Positions 19,344 through 29,963 of a DNA stretch of 64,000 bases are shown here, in pieces (position 1 is the stretch's first letter; each line of letters starts with the position of its first letter). The stretch is from Trueperaceae bacterium (GTDB taxonomy: Bacteria > Deinococcota > Deinococci > Deinococcales > Trueperaceae). The notes under the pieces were generated by a model. The model had not been told where the DNA came from, did not search any database, and saw nothing but the letters and a program-made list of their open reading frames with translations. The stretch is taken from contig OZ243913.1 of assembly GCA_965213705.1 (NCBI GenBank), forward strand, positions 3,968,001 through 4,032,000, given 5' to 3'. The position numbers were made by a program, and so were the translations under genes.

Positions 19344-20636
19344 TCAACCCTCCGTCAAACCGCTGCGGCGGCGGTAAAGCACGTCGAGCCACACCGCGAC
19401 GATGAGGACCAGCCCGATGATGACCTGGATGAGCGAGCTGTTCAGGTTTAGAAGCACCATCCCGCTCTGCAGGCTTTGCATAAACACCGCGCCGATAATC
19501 GCCCCCACGACCGTGCCGTAACCCCCGGCGAGCGAGGTGCCGCCGATAACCGCCGCCGCGATGACGTACAGCTCGGTCAGGGTCCCGGTCGAGTTCACGC
19601 CCGAGTTGAGGCGCGCCGTCGCGACCGCCCCGGCGAGAGCGCTCAACACGCCGATGAGCATAAACACGTACAGCGTCATGCGCTTGGTGTCGATGCCCGC
19701 GAGCTGCGCCGCTTCGGGGCTGCCGCCCATCGCGTAGACGTAGCGCCCGAACTTCGTCAGCCGCGCGACGCCGGTCATGAGGAGTGCCACGCCGATGAGG
19801 ACGAGCACGGGAATGGGTATCCCCTGCGCGATTTCGGTGCGCGGCCGGTTGTAGGCGTTCATGATGAGGACGAAGCCCGCCACCGCCGCAACGGCCGCCA
19901 AGCCGACCAGCACTTCGGCCCAGAGAGGCCGCACCGGGAAACCGAGCCGGGCGCGTTTGCCGCGCGTCTGAAAAGCGAGTAAGACGATGGCTAGAATAGC
20001 CGCCAAGCCGACCATCCAACTCCAAAACGCGCCGATGGAACCGTTCAGGCCGCCGCCCAAAAGTTGGAAGTTGCTGTCCAAAGGCGCGACGGTACGCCCT
20101 TGCGTCAGCAACCACGCGCCGCCCCTAAAAATAAGCAAACCCGCTAAAGTGACGATAAATGAGGGAATAAGTTGGTAAGCTATCCAATAGCCCTGAAACG
20201 CCCCGATGAGCGCGCCCGCCAGCAAACCCAGCGCGAGGGCGGCGAGCCAGTTCCAACCCCCGGCCGGCAGGGCTTGCGTTTGCAGCACCGCCATGATCAT
20301 TCCCGTAAAGCCCAGCACCGACCCCACCGACAAGTCGATGTGGCGCATCACGATGACGAAGACCATGCCGGTCGCGATAATGCCCACCACGCTCGTCTGG
20401 ACGGCCAAGTTCCAGAGGTTGCGCGGCGACAAAAAGCCGGTGCCGAAAAACTCGCCTACTGAACCGATAGAAATGTCGTTCTTAAAAATAAACGCGACGT
20501 GAAAACCGAGCCAGAGCAGCAGCAGCACGCCGACCATGCCAAGGAGTCGCACGTCTATCTCGAGCATCCTCAAAAACCCCGGCAGCCCGCCGCCGGAGGT
20601 TTTTTTGATGTTGACCTTGGTTTGAGACGTCGCCAT
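19344..20636 (-). CDS. xylH: Xylose-type ABC permease
   Basis: [34 protein letters not shown]. Confidence 0.88.
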   Translation of the reverse strand: MATSQTKVNIKKTSGGGLPGFLRMLEIDVRLLGMVGVLLLLWLGFHVAFIFKNDISIGSVGEFFGTGFLSPRNLWNLAVQTSVVGIIATGMVFVIVMRHIDLSVGSVLGFTGMIMAVLQTQALPAGGWNWLAALALGLLAGALIGAFQGYWIAYQLIPSFIVTLAGLLIFRGGAWLLTQGRTVAPLDSNFQLLGGGLNGSIGAFWSWMVGLAAILAIVLLAFQTRGKRARLGFPVRPLWAEVLVGLAAVAAVAGFVLIMNAYNRPRTEIAQGIPIPVLVLIGVALLMTGVARLTKFGRYVYAMGGSPEAAQLAGIDTKRMTLYVFMLIGVLSALAGAVATARLNSGVNSTGTLTELYVIAAAVIGGTSLAGGYGTVVGAIIGAVFMQSLQSGMVLLNLNSSLIQVIIGLVLIVAVWLDVLYRRRSGLTEG

Positions 20637-20693
20637 AGCTTTCCCTTCGCGCAACCCGAGTTGTAAAAGAGGCCGTACCGGAGCAAGAATACC

Positions 20694-20729
20694 AAAAAAG
20701 CCGGACGCTGACGACGCCAGCGTCCGGCT
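20694..20729 (-). terminator. Intra-operon terminator or stabilising hairpin after xylF
   Basis: 12-bp stem agccggacgctg/cagcgtccggct followed by a U-run on the minus strand. Confidence 0.75.
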
Positions 20730-20745
20730 CGAACTCAAACCCTAC

Positions 20746-21777
20746 TTACTGACAAGCGGCCGGGGCGTCGGCGCTGCTCGCGTCCACGCCGGCACACAGG
20801 TCTGCTTGAGAAATCCAATTCGCGTCGATAACGACGTCTAAGTTGTCCCTGGTGACCGGGATGGGGGCCAGCAGGATGGCGTTCATGTCCATGCCCTTGG
20901 GGCCGTTGCTGAAGGTCGTCGCGCCTTCGACTGCGTCTACGGCGGTGCCTTGGGCTAAGGCCATCGCGATTTCAGCGGCGGCCGTGCCGAGCGCGCGCGA
21001 GTCTTTAAACACCGACACCGTTTGGGTGCCGAGCGCGACGCGGTTGAGCGCGGCCTGGTCGGCGTCTTGACCCGACACGGGCACTTGGCCCGCCAAGCCC
21101 TGCGAGGCGAGCGCGGCAATCGCGCCGCCCGCGGTGCCGTCGTTCGAGGCGACGACCGCGTCGACGTCGTTGTTGTTAGCGGTTAAGATTTGCTCCATGT
21201 TGCGCTGCGCGTTTTCAGGCAACCAACCGTCGGTGTACTGGTCGCCCACAATCGTAATGTCCCCTGCGTCGATGGCGGGTTGCAGGACCTCGAGCTGACC
21301 GCCGTTCAAAAAGTCGGCGTTCGGGTCCTGGGCGCTGCCCTTGATAAACACGTAGTTGCCGGTCGGTTGCGCCTCGAGAATGGCGCGAGCCTGCATCCGC
21401 CCGACCTCGACGTTGTCGAACGTCAGGTAGAACACGTCGTCGGCTTCGATGAGCCGGTCGTAGGCGAGAACCGGAATGCCTTGCGCCTGCGCCGAGGCGA
21501 CGGCGGGCAAAATGGCGTCGGCGTCCTGGGCCAGCACTATCAACGCTTCCGCGCCCTGGGTGATGAGGCTCTCGATGTCGGAGAGTTGCTTCTCGACCGA
21601 ACTCTGCGCGTCGGCGCTGATGTAACGACCGCCCAACTCTTCGATTTTCGCTTTGATAGCGGCTTCGTCGGTTTTCCAGCGCTCTTCTTGAAAGTTCGAC
21701 CAGCTCACGCCGATAGTCTGCGCGGCGGCGACGCTGAACAGCAGGGCAACCAACATCATCAAACCTAGCTTTTTCAT
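20746..21777 (-). CDS. xylF: D-xylose ABC transporter substrate-binding protein
   Basis: [39 protein letters not shown]. Confidence 0.88.
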   Translation of the reverse strand: MKKLGLMMLVALLFSVAAAQTIGVSWSNFQEERWKTDEAAIKAKIEELGGRYISADAQSSVEKQLSDIESLITQGAEALIVLAQDADAILPAVASAQAQGIPVLAYDRLIEADDVFYLTFDNVEVGRMQARAILEAQPTGNYVFIKGSAQDPNADFLNGGQLEVLQPAIDAGDITIVGDQYTDGWLPENAQRNMEQILTANNNDVDAVVASNDGTAGGAIAALASQGLAGQVPVSGQDADQAALNRVALGTQTVSVFKDSRALGTAAAEIAMALAQGTAVDAVEGATTFSNGPKGMDMNAILLAPIPVTRDNLDVVIDANWISQADLCAGVDASSADAPAACQ

Positions 21778-21975
21778 AAACCTCCCGTAACTGTGACGCG
21801 CCTGTGCAAGCCCACCGTTTGAAACGGCGTAGGTGTGTTACCTGCCGGGTCCTGCCAACTGCGTCACGTAAAGGCTAATGTACTCGCCTCACACAGCTTT
21901 CGTCAAGTTGGACACGGCGCTTAATGAAACCGCCGACAGCGGTGCAGAGCCCGGTTTCATGCTACAAATGACCAC

Positions 21976-23541
21976 ATGCTGCGCTCGAGTCTAGCCTTCT
22001 TGATGTTCGTCACCACCTTCACCCTGGCGCAAACGCCGCTGTTCGTCGAGGAAACCTCTACCGCCGGTATCAACCACGTTTACGACGGCGGCTGGGAGTA
22101 TTTCGTGGGCGGCGGCGTGGCCGCGTTCGATTGTAGCGGCGACGCGCTGCCCGACCTGTTTTTGGCGGGCGGTATCAACGCGTCGGCCCTGTACCGCAAC
22201 GTGAGCGAACCCGGCGGCAGTTTGAGGTTCGAGAAGGTGGACGGCGTGGAGCCCCAGTACACGACCGGTGCCTACCCGCTCGACCTCGACGGTGACGGGG
22301 TTTTGGACTTGGTTGTGCTGCGCGTGGGCGAGAACGTCCTGTACCGAGGTCTGGGCGACTGCCGCTTCGAGCGCGCGAACGAAGCTTGGGGCTTCGACGG
22401 CGGACGCGCTTGGACGACGGCCTTTGCCGCTGTTTGGGAAGCGGGTCAAAGCTGGCCGACCCTCGCCTTTGGCAACTACGTCGACCGCGACGACCCGGCG
22501 GGGCCATTCGGAACGTGCGACCGCAACCTGCTGGTTCGACCTGTCGCGGCGGGGGGCTACGGGACCGAGGTTGTGCTCGAGCCCTCCTACTGCACCTTAT
22601 CGCTCCTTTTTACCGACTGGAACCGTTCCGGCACGCCTGCGCTGCTGGTCAGCAACGACCGCCAGTACTACCTCACCAACCAAGACCGCAGCGGCTCCGA
22701 GCAGTTGTGGCGGCTGGGCGAAACACCCACCCTTTACACTGAGGCCGACGGCTGGGCCAAGCTGCAAATCTGGGGCATGGGCATCGCCGCGAGCGACCTT
22801 TCGGGCGACGGCCTGCCGGACTACTACCTGACGAGCATGGCCGACCAAAAACTGCGGGTTTTGACCCAGGGCGCGGCGGGACCGAGCTATCAGGACGCCG
22901 CGTTCGAGCGCGGCGTGACCGCGCACCGCCCCTTTTACGGCGACGACTTAAACCCCTCGACCGGTTGGCACGCTGTCTTTGAGGACGTCGACAACGACAC
23001 GCTCACCGACCTGTTTGTCACCAAGGGCAACGTGGACAGTATGCCGGAGTTCGCGCTCGACGACCCGAACAACCTGTTTTTGGGCGCGGCGGACGGCACC
23101 TTTAGCGAGGTCGCCGAAGCCGCGGGCGTCGCGAGTTCGGAACGCGGGCGCGGCGCTGCGGTGGTCGACTTAAACCACGACGGCCTGCTCGACATCGTCG
23201 TGAACAACCGGCGGGCGAACCTCCAGCTGTGGCGCAACGTGAGCGCGAACGCCGGGAAGTTTGCTGAGTTGCGACTCTTTCAACCCGGTTCCAACCGCTT
23301 CGGAATTGGTGCGCGGCTCGAGGTCAAACTCGGCGAGCGCGTCCTCGTCAGGGACCTCACCGTCGGCGGCGGCCACGTGAGCGGCGCGCACTCGTTTGTG
23401 CATGTAGGTTTGGGCGACGCGACCGAGGCGCAGGTTCGCGTCACTTGGCCGGACGGCGAGCAGAGCGGCTGGTACACCGTAAAGGCCGATAGTTGGAACT
23501 TGTTAAAGCGAGACGCAGCAGAGGCCGAGGTTTTACCCTAA
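21976..23541 (+). CDS. Secreted CRTAC1-like protein (FG-GAP/VCBS repeats plus ASPIC/UnbV)
   Basis: Repeated D-x-D-x-D-G motifs; C-terminal HVGLG...VTWPDG. Confidence 0.88.
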   Translation: MLRSSLAFLMFVTTFTLAQTPLFVEETSTAGINHVYDGGWEYFVGGGVAAFDCSGDALPDLFLAGGINASALYRNVSEPGGSLRFEKVDGVEPQYTTGAYPLDLDGDGVLDLVVLRVGENVLYRGLGDCRFERANEAWGFDGGRAWTTAFAAVWEAGQSWPTLAFGNYVDRDDPAGPFGTCDRNLLVRPVAAGGYGTEVVLEPSYCTLSLLFTDWNRSGTPALLVSNDRQYYLTNQDRSGSEQLWRLGETPTLYTEADGWAKLQIWGMGIAASDLSGDGLPDYYLTSMADQKLRVLTQGAAGPSYQDAAFERGVTAHRPFYGDDLNPSTGWHAVFEDVDNDTLTDLFVTKGNVDSMPEFALDDPNNLFLGAADGTFSEVAEAAGVASSERGRGAAVVDLNHDGLLDIVVNNRRANLQLWRNVSANAGKFAELRLFQPGSNRFGIGARLEVKLGERVLVRDLTVGGGHVSGAHSFVHVGLGDATEAQVRVTWPDGEQSGWYTVKADSWNLLKRDAAEAEVLP

Positions 23542-23545
23542 AAAC

Positions 23546-24226
23546 TCACGGAGTTGCAGGAATACTCGCAAATGCCGCGGGCGGGCTGAGGCCGCGCCAA
23601 TTCGTTCCCCCGCCCCGCCGCGGCGGCCAGATGACGGCGGTCGCCCGGCCGGCGATGTTCCCCGCCGGGACGAAGCCGTAGACGCGCGAATCGCAACTGT
23701 TGGGCCTGTTGTCGCCCAGCACGAAATAGTGGCCCGGCGGCACCGTGACTTCGCGCATGGTGCTCGAGCTTAAACTCCCACCCTTGTCGGTAAGAAACGA
23801 CTGCTCGAGCCGCGCCCCGTTGATAAAAACTTGCCCGTTCCCCAAACGAACCGTGTCGCCCGGCCGGCCGACAACCCGTTTCACTAAAAAGTCCCGTCGC
23901 CCGCGGCGGCAGGGCGAGTCCTCGACTTCGCGAAAAATAACGACGTCACCACGCCGGTACTCGCCCAAGATTCCGGCCCGGTGCAGCCAGGTCTCGTACT
24001 TCGGGACGAACAGCCGGTCGCCGGTGAGGAGGGCGTTGAGGACTTCGCCCGAGCCGCCGTTCAGGGTCGGGTACATCGACGCGCCCGCCACGCCGACGGT
24101 GGTAACCAGGAACGTCGTGACGAGCAGCGCGACGACGAAAGCCTCGGCGTAGCCCCGAACCTCGCGCCAGAAGGACGACGGCGGTTTTTTAGAGGTTTTT
24201 TTAGACACGTCAGCGGTTTTGGGCAT
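23546..24226 (-). CDS. lepB: Signal peptidase I
   Basis: GASMYPTL, VKRVVGRPGD, GDNRPNSCDSR. Confidence 0.92.
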   Translation of the reverse strand: MPKTADVSKKTSKKPPSSFWREVRGYAEAFVVALLVTTFLVTTVGVAGASMYPTLNGGSGEVLNALLTGDRLFVPKYETWLHRAGILGEYRRGDVVIFREVEDSPCRRGRRDFLVKRVVGRPGDTVRLGNGQVFINGARLEQSFLTDKGGSLSSSTMREVTVPPGHYFVLGDNRPNSCDSRVYGFVPAGNIAGRATAVIWPPRRGGGTNWRGLSPPAAFASIPATP

Positions 24227-24371
24227 AACACCTGCTCCTGACTCGAGAAGAGCCGCTTTTAGCTTACAATCAGAGCTTGGTCGCGCTTGTGTCGCGCCGC
24301 TGTGTCGCGCCGAAACTGCAGCCGCCGGCGTAAAGTCGAGAGAAGTCCGAGGCTCGAGAACAGGTGAAAAC

Positions 24372-25781
24372 GTGCTCCGCCCTAAAACTAGACGCGAAAT
24401 CAGAGACTTGTCCACCCTCGCGCTGCCGCTCATCTTGGCGCAACTGGCGCAAAACACCCTGAGCTTTATCGACACGCTCATGGTGGGACGGCTCGGCAAC
24501 GAGGCGCTGGCCGGGATTGCCCTGGGCAGCACCGTGTTCTCGTTCGTGTTTCTCGTTTTGTCGGGGGTTATTTTGGCCGTTTCGCCGCTCGTCGCGCAGG
24601 CGCACGGGGCGGCCCGGCCCGACGAGTCGGGCCGGGCGGTGCGCCAGGGTTTGTGGCTCGGCCTGCTGCTGTTCGCGCCCGCTTTCGTCCTGTTCTGGAA
24701 CGCCGAGCCCCTGCTGCTGCGCTTGGGCCAGGACCCGGCGACGTCGGCGCTGAGCGCCGCCTACTTGCGGGCAATTTCCTGGGGGTTGTTGCCCGCGCTC
24801 GGAACGACGGCGTTGCGGGGACTGCTCGAGGGTTTGGGCGTCACCCGGCCCATCATGCTTTTCAGCTTAGCCGGCGTGGGACTGAACATCGTCGCCAACA
24901 ACGCCCTCATGTTCGGGCGCTTCGGTTTGCCGGCGCTGGGTCTGGTCGGCACCGGCTACGCCAGCAGCTTTGTTTACGCCATGATTTTTTTGGCGCTGGC
25001 GCTGTACGTGACGTTGAAGTTCGGGCGTTACCGCATTTTCAAAGACCTGCGCCGACCGGACTTTACAATGCTCGCCGAACTCGTGCGCGTCGGTCTGCCG
25101 ATAGCCTTTACGTTAGGCTTCGAGGTCAGCATGTTCGCGACCACCGCGTTTTTGATGGGTTTGCTCGGCTCGGCGCAACTCGCGGCGCACCAAATCGCGC
25201 TGCAGTCGGCCTCGGTCACCTTTATGGTGCCTTTGGGCCTGGCGATTGCTACCTCGATTCGCGTCGGGCAGGCCGTCGGCCGGGGCGACGCGGACGGGGC
25301 GCGGCGTGCGGGCTACGTCGGCATCGCGGGCAGCGTCCTTTTTATGTGCGTGAGCGCGCTGACTTTTTGGCTCGCGCCGCGCTTCGTCATCGGACTTTAC
25401 TTGGATTTAGGCGCCTCTGCCAACTCTGAGGTCGTCGCCCTCGCTACGGGTTTCTTAGCTTTGGCGGCCGCGTTTCAAATTTTCGACGGTCTGCAGGTGA
25501 GCGCCTCGGGCGCGCTGCGCGGGCTCAAAGACACCCGCGTGCCCATGTTTATCACCCTGTTTTCTTACTGGTTCGTCGGGATAGGCAGCGGGACGCTGCT
25601 CTGTTTCAGCTTGGGGCTGGGCGGGCGCGGGCTGTGGCTCGGGCTCGTGTTCGGCCTGGCGACGGCGGCGGCGCTGCTCGTCTGGCGTTTTTACCACGCG
25701 GTACGCGGTCGGCTCAGACAGCAAGCGGCAGCCGCGGAGTCGAACGTCCCTAGCGTCGCCGCTCCGGGTCCGTTACACTAA
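24372..25781 (+). CDS. MATE efflux transporter (NorM-like)
   Basis: FIDTLMVGRLG, AAHQIAL, FQIFDGLQV, LRGLKDTRVPM. Confidence 0.93.
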   Translation: MLRPKTRREIRDLSTLALPLILAQLAQNTLSFIDTLMVGRLGNEALAGIALGSTVFSFVFLVLSGVILAVSPLVAQAHGAARPDESGRAVRQGLWLGLLLFAPAFVLFWNAEPLLLRLGQDPATSALSAAYLRAISWGLLPALGTTALRGLLEGLGVTRPIMLFSLAGVGLNIVANNALMFGRFGLPALGLVGTGYASSFVYAMIFLALALYVTLKFGRYRIFKDLRRPDFTMLAELVRVGLPIAFTLGFEVSMFATTAFLMGLLGSAQLAAHQIALQSASVTFMVPLGLAIATSIRVGQAVGRGDADGARRAGYVGIAGSVLFMCVSALTFWLAPRFVIGLYLDLGASANSEVVALATGFLALAAAFQIFDGLQVSASGALRGLKDTRVPMFITLFSYWFVGIGSGTLLCFSLGLGGRGLWLGLVFGLATAAALLVWRFYHAVRGRLRQQAAAAESNVPSVAAPGPLH

Positions 25782-25800
25782 CTCTTACTGGAGGTTCGCC

Positions 25801-25932
25801 GTGGAAACGTTTCTTGCAATCAGTATGTACAGCGCGTTCGTACTCAGCGGCTTGAGCGCGGTCGCCGTGGTGTTGATACTCCTCGCCAAGTTTTTGAAAG
25901 ACGCTACTTACGACCCGGACACCGACCACTAG
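25801..25932 (+). CDS. 43-aa single-pass membrane protein (absent from the ORF track)
   Basis: GGAGG SD then GTG; METFLAISMYSAFVLSGLSAVAVVLILLAKFLKDATYDPDTDH. Confidence 0.65.
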   Translation: METFLAISMYSAFVLSGLSAVAVVLILLAKFLKDATYDPDTDH

Positions 25933-25998
25933 GCGCAGCGGCGCGGCGGCGACTCAAAAACTCCGGTTTTTCAGCCCCACACCCGGAAAGCCTGAGAC

Positions 25999-26493
25999 GT
26001 GTTCAGAGCGCTGAGGCGGTTTTTGCGCCAGCCTAGACCGTCACCTACCGAGGCGGCGCGGGTGTTGCGAGGCGTGTTCGCCGCAATGTTCTTGGCCCAG
26101 GTCGGGGTAGCCGCCGCGCTGGCAAGCGGGCTCGCACTTCTGGCACCCGTTCAGACCTCAGCCTCACCGTTGACAGCGCAAATTCTCGTCGTTCTAGCCC
26201 TGGTGGACCTTCCCGTCGCCGCGACGCTGCCCTACTTGGGTGCGCGGGGCGGCGGCAAAAGCGCGGCGCTGGCGGCGACGTTGCTGGCAGGCGTCCTGCT
26301 GGCGACGCCCGCCTGGTTTCTAGCTTTCGCCGCGTTGGTTAAGAGCGGCGCCGTGTACCTGCTTTTGCTGCTTGCAGTGGTCCTCAACGCCTACGCGTTG
26401 GGCTTTTTTTTGTGCGGCCGCTTTGCCGGTTTTGCGGTTGTCGCAACTCCCGGCTCCGCAAAAGGTCGTGTGACGAAGCAAGCCCAGCGGTAA
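25999..26493 (+). CDS. Hypothetical membrane protein
   Basis: About four hydrophobic segments. Confidence 0.7.
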   Translation: MFRALRRFLRQPRPSPTEAARVLRGVFAAMFLAQVGVAAALASGLALLAPVQTSASPLTAQILVVLALVDLPVAATLPYLGARGGGKSAALAATLLAGVLLATPAWFLAFAALVKSGAVYLLLLLAVVLNAYALGFFLCGRFAGFAVVATPGSAKGRVTKQAQR

Positions 26494-26630
26494 GTAGAAG
26501 CTCAGCGGGTAGCTCGGCGCGCCCGCACTTTTGCCCGAGCGCAGGTCACAGGCGACGCTTAAGTCAGCCGCCAAGCCCTAGCACCAGACCGTGATTTTGC
26601 ACGGGAGGCTCGAGTTACACTCTCAGCACT

Positions 26631-27176
26631 ATGACGAGTCTTTGGCAACTGTTCTGGTCGTTCACCAAGGTCGGCGTGTTCGGTTTCGGCGGCGGCCCGT
26701 CGATGATTCCCTTAATTCAGCAAGAGGTCGTCGAGTCGCAGCAGTGGCTCAGCCAAGAGGAGTTTCTGGACGCCTTCGCCTTTGGCAACGCGCTACCGGG
26801 GCCGATTGCGACGAAGCTGGCGGGTTACGTCGGCTACAAGGTCGCCGGAGTTCTGGGCGCGGCGGCGGGACTCGTCGGTATCGCCGTGCCGACGATTATT
26901 GCCATCGTCGCCCTCGGCGCGCTCTACGCGCGCTACAAAACCAATCCCGCCATCGAAGGGTTTTTGAGGGGCGTGCGCCCGGTCGTCGTGGCGCTGTTGG
27001 CCCTCGTCGTGTGGCAGTTCGCGCCCAAGGCCTTCGGCGCGCCGCCCCAGTGGCTCGCCAACTGGGCGCTGTGGGGCTTGGCCGTGGTTGCCTTCGTGTT
27101 GTCGGTCCGGTACAACGTGCATCCGGCGCTGCTCATCGTGGTGGGCGGGTTCGTCGGGGTGGCGTTTTTGCGGTAA
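26631..27176 (+). CDS. Short-chain chromate transporter (CHR family)
   Basis: GVFGFGGG and LPGPIA motifs. Confidence 0.9.
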   Translation: MTSLWQLFWSFTKVGVFGFGGGPSMIPLIQQEVVESQQWLSQEEFLDAFAFGNALPGPIATKLAGYVGYKVAGVLGAAAGLVGIAVPTIIAIVALGALYARYKTNPAIEGFLRGVRPVVVALLALVVWQFAPKAFGAPPQWLANWALWGLAVVAFVLSVRYNVHPALLIVVGGFVGVAFLR

Positions 27177-27267
27177 GGAAAAGGAAGTACCGAGGACCGA
27201 GTGGAAAGTACCGAGTGAAGTCAAAAGCTTTTTCTTTTTCGAGCACCCTCGAATGGAGCAGACCTGC

Positions 27268-27735
27268 ATGGAACCTTTCAACCCAGAGCGTCACAGCAAA
27301 GCTATGGCGGCAGCGGCCCTCATCCGGGACGAGGCGGGAGCGTTGCTCATCGTCAAACCCGTTTACCGCGATGGCTGGCTGTTGCCGGGCGGTATGGTGG
27401 AGCCGGACGAGTCTCCCAAGCAAGCCTGTCGGCGCGAAATCAAGGAGGAAGTGGGCCTCGAGCTTGAGGTGGGCCGCTTGCTGTGCGTGGACTACGAGAG
27501 CAGAGACCTGGGTGGTTTTGAGAGAATGAGATTCTTTTTCGGCGGAGGCGTGATAACGCCAGCGCAAACAGCCTGCATCGTCCTCCAAGAGTCCGAGTTG
27601 AGTGCTCACGCTTTTGTACCACTTGAAGAAGCCCTGGAAAAGCTCAATCCTTTTTTGAGTCGCCGTCTGCAACACGCTCTAGCAGCCGAGCAGACTGACG
27701 AGACGTTTTACGTCGAGGACCTGGAACGCGCTTAA
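27268..27735 (+). CDS. NUDIX hydrolase
   Basis: PGGMVEPDESPKQACRREIKEEVGL Nudix box. Confidence 0.9.
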   Translation: MEPFNPERHSKAMAAAALIRDEAGALLIVKPVYRDGWLLPGGMVEPDESPKQACRREIKEEVGLELEVGRLLCVDYESRDLGGFERMRFFFGGGVITPAQTACIVLQESELSAHAFVPLEEALEKLNPFLSRRLQHALAAEQTDETFYVEDLERA

Positions 27736-27745
27736 GGAGTCGTGC

Positions 27746-29326
27746 ATGAACTACACCTTCCCCTACCCTTCCCAGCGGATGCCGGTGATGGCGAAAAACG
27801 TCGTCGCCACTTCGCAGCCGCTCGCCGCTCAGGCGGGTTTAAGGATGCTGCTCAAGGGCGGCAACGCTGTCGACGCCGCGCTCGCCGCCGCCATCACCCT
27901 CACCGTGGTCGAGCCGACGAGCAACGGCATCGGCAGCGACGCTTTTTGCATCCTGTGGGACGGTAACGAGTTGCACGGCCTGAACGCCTCGGGCCGCTCG
28001 CCCGCGGCGTTGACGGCGGAGCGGTTCAAGGGCCAAAAGCAAATGCCCCTGCGCGGCTGGGACGCGGTGACGGTGCCGGGCGCGGTTTCGGCTTGGGTCG
28101 AGCTGTCGAGTAAATTTGGCAAACTGCCGTTCGAAGACCTGTTCGAGCCCGCCGTCACTTACGCTCGAGACGGCTTTCTCGTCTCCCCCATCACCGCCCA
28201 CGCCTGGAGTTACGCGCCGAAAACCTTTGGCGATTTTGAAGCGTTCAGCAAGGGCTTTTTGCCGGGGGGCCGCGCGCCGCGAGCGGGTGAGGTGTTCAAG
28301 TATCCCGAGCAGGCCGGCACCTTGGAGAAAATCGCTACGACCAAGGGCAAGGCGTTTTATGAGGGCAAACTTGCCGAAAAAATGGTCGCGGACGCCCAAA
28401 GACACGGCGCGCTGCTCACCGAAGAGGACTTGGCCGCGCACCGAGCCGACTGGGTCGGCACGATTTCGCAGCGTTACGGCGATGTCGAACTGCACGAAAT
28501 TCCACCGAACGGTCAGGGTTTGGCCGCCCTGATGATGTTGGGCATGTTGAAACATCACGACGTGAGCCGCTACGAGGTGGACTCGGCCGACAGCCTGCAC
28601 CTTCAAATAGAAGCCATGAAACTCGCCTTTGCCGACGCCTACCGCTACATTGCCGACGTGAACGCGATGGACGTTTCTGTGGAAGCCTTGCTGGACGACG
28701 CTTATCTTGCCGAGCGCGCCAAACTCATCGACATGACCAAGGCCCAAACCCCCCAATACGGCGTGCCAAAACGCGGCGGCACCGTCTACCTCACCGCTGC
28801 CGATGCGAGTGGCATGATGGTGTCGTTCATCCAATCGAACTACTACGGCTTCGGCTCGGGCGTGGTGGTGCCGGGGACGGGGATAAGTTTGCAGAACCGG
28901 GGTGCGGGTTTCGTGCTCGAGACAAACCACCCCAACGAGGTCGGCCCCGCCAAACGCCCTTTCCACACCATCATCCCGGCTTTTTTGACCCACTCGGGCC
29001 GACCCCTCATGAGTTTCGGGGTGATGGGCGGGCCGATGCAGCCGCAGGGCCACGCGCAGATGGTACTGCGCATCCTCGACTATAGCCAGAACCCGCAAGA
29101 AGCGAGCGACGCGCCCAGATGGCGGGTCGTGGGCGGAAACGAGGTCGCCGTGGAACAAGGTTTCAGCGACGCGGTGCTGAACGACCTCGTCAGCCGGGGC
29201 CACGAGGTCAAGGTGGACGACTCGGCGTTCGGCGGCTTCGGCGGGGCGCAGCTCATTTACAAGACCGAAGGTGGGTACGTCGCCGGCTCGGACTCGCGCA
29301 AGGACGGGCAGGCGGTGGGGTTTTAA
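27746..29326 (+). CDS. ggt: Gamma-glutamyltransferase family protein (YwrD-like)
   Basis: GGNAVDAA, autocleavage site G-TVYL, LQNRG, PFHTIIP, DSRKDG. Confidence 0.93.
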   Translation: MNYTFPYPSQRMPVMAKNVVATSQPLAAQAGLRMLLKGGNAVDAALAAAITLTVVEPTSNGIGSDAFCILWDGNELHGLNASGRSPAALTAERFKGQKQMPLRGWDAVTVPGAVSAWVELSSKFGKLPFEDLFEPAVTYARDGFLVSPITAHAWSYAPKTFGDFEAFSKGFLPGGRAPRAGEVFKYPEQAGTLEKIATTKGKAFYEGKLAEKMVADAQRHGALLTEEDLAAHRADWVGTISQRYGDVELHEIPPNGQGLAALMMLGMLKHHDVSRYEVDSADSLHLQIEAMKLAFADAYRYIADVNAMDVSVEALLDDAYLAERAKLIDMTKAQTPQYGVPKRGGTVYLTAADASGMMVSFIQSNYYGFGSGVVVPGTGISLQNRGAGFVLETNHPNEVGPAKRPFHTIIPAFLTHSGRPLMSFGVMGGPMQPQGHAQMVLRILDYSQNPQEASDAPRWRVVGGNEVAVEQGFSDAVLNDLVSRGHEVKVDDSAFGGFGGAQLIYKTEGGYVAGSDSRKDGQAVGF

Positions 29327-29423
29327 AGATGGAGCCGAGAAACCAAAAGTCGCTGTGGTGTCTATAAAGCGTCCAGCCACGACGTCTTGAACTGACATCA
29401 GCGTTTCTCTTACCCTAGAGGCC

Positions 29424-29918
29424 GTGAGGTACGGGCGCTATTTTCTAGCCATCTTGAGGCACAAACGCCGCGTGCTAAAACAGTGCTGGCTCGAGGGCCT
29501 CTACTGGCAAGGCTTGACCCACGACTTATCAAAATTTTTGCCCGACGAGTTTTTCGGTTCAGCCCTCTTTTTCGAGGGTGCCGGCTTGACGGACGAACAG
29601 CGGGAAAGAGCGCAAGTCGGGCTTCTCAAGCACTACCACCGCAACCCGCACCACCCCGAACACTGGCTGCTCAAGCCGGGCCGCGTCCTGCCGATGCCGC
29701 GGCGTTACTTGCTCGAGCTGCTCTGCGACTGGCGCGCCTTGGCGGATAACCCGGAGAGCGTTAAAGCGTGGTACGTGCAAAACAGAGACGAGTTCGTCTT
29801 TCACCCGGAGACGCGCGCCGAACTCGAAACGCTGCTCCAGGTGGCGCCGGCACGCCCGGCGACCGACGCCGACCGGACAAGCCGGGGGCGTGAAAAACGC
29901 AACACCCAACCCAAATGA
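29424..29918 (+). CDS. HD-like hypothetical protein (DUF5662-like)
   Basis: HK...HDLSK...HYHRNPHHPEHW...CDW motif set. Confidence 0.7.
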   Translation: MRYGRYFLAILRHKRRVLKQCWLEGLYWQGLTHDLSKFLPDEFFGSALFFEGAGLTDEQRERAQVGLLKHYHRNPHHPEHWLLKPGRVLPMPRRYLLELLCDWRALADNPESVKAWYVQNRDEFVFHPETRAELETLLQVAPARPATDADRTSRGREKRNTQPK

Positions 29919-29963
29919 GGTCAAACTAATAGGAAACTTATCCTAAGCGATTATAGTGACTTG

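Noticed and set aside
24227..24532. Long overlapping N-termini of lepB and MATE in the ORF track
   Set aside because: Family similarity starts at 24226 (lepB) and 24372 (MATE); the gap is a divergent promoter region.
27839..29398. 519-aa antisense ORF opposite ggt (and similar long shadow ORFs elsewhere)
   Set aside because: Typical antisense open frames produced by high-GC codon bias; no protein motifs.
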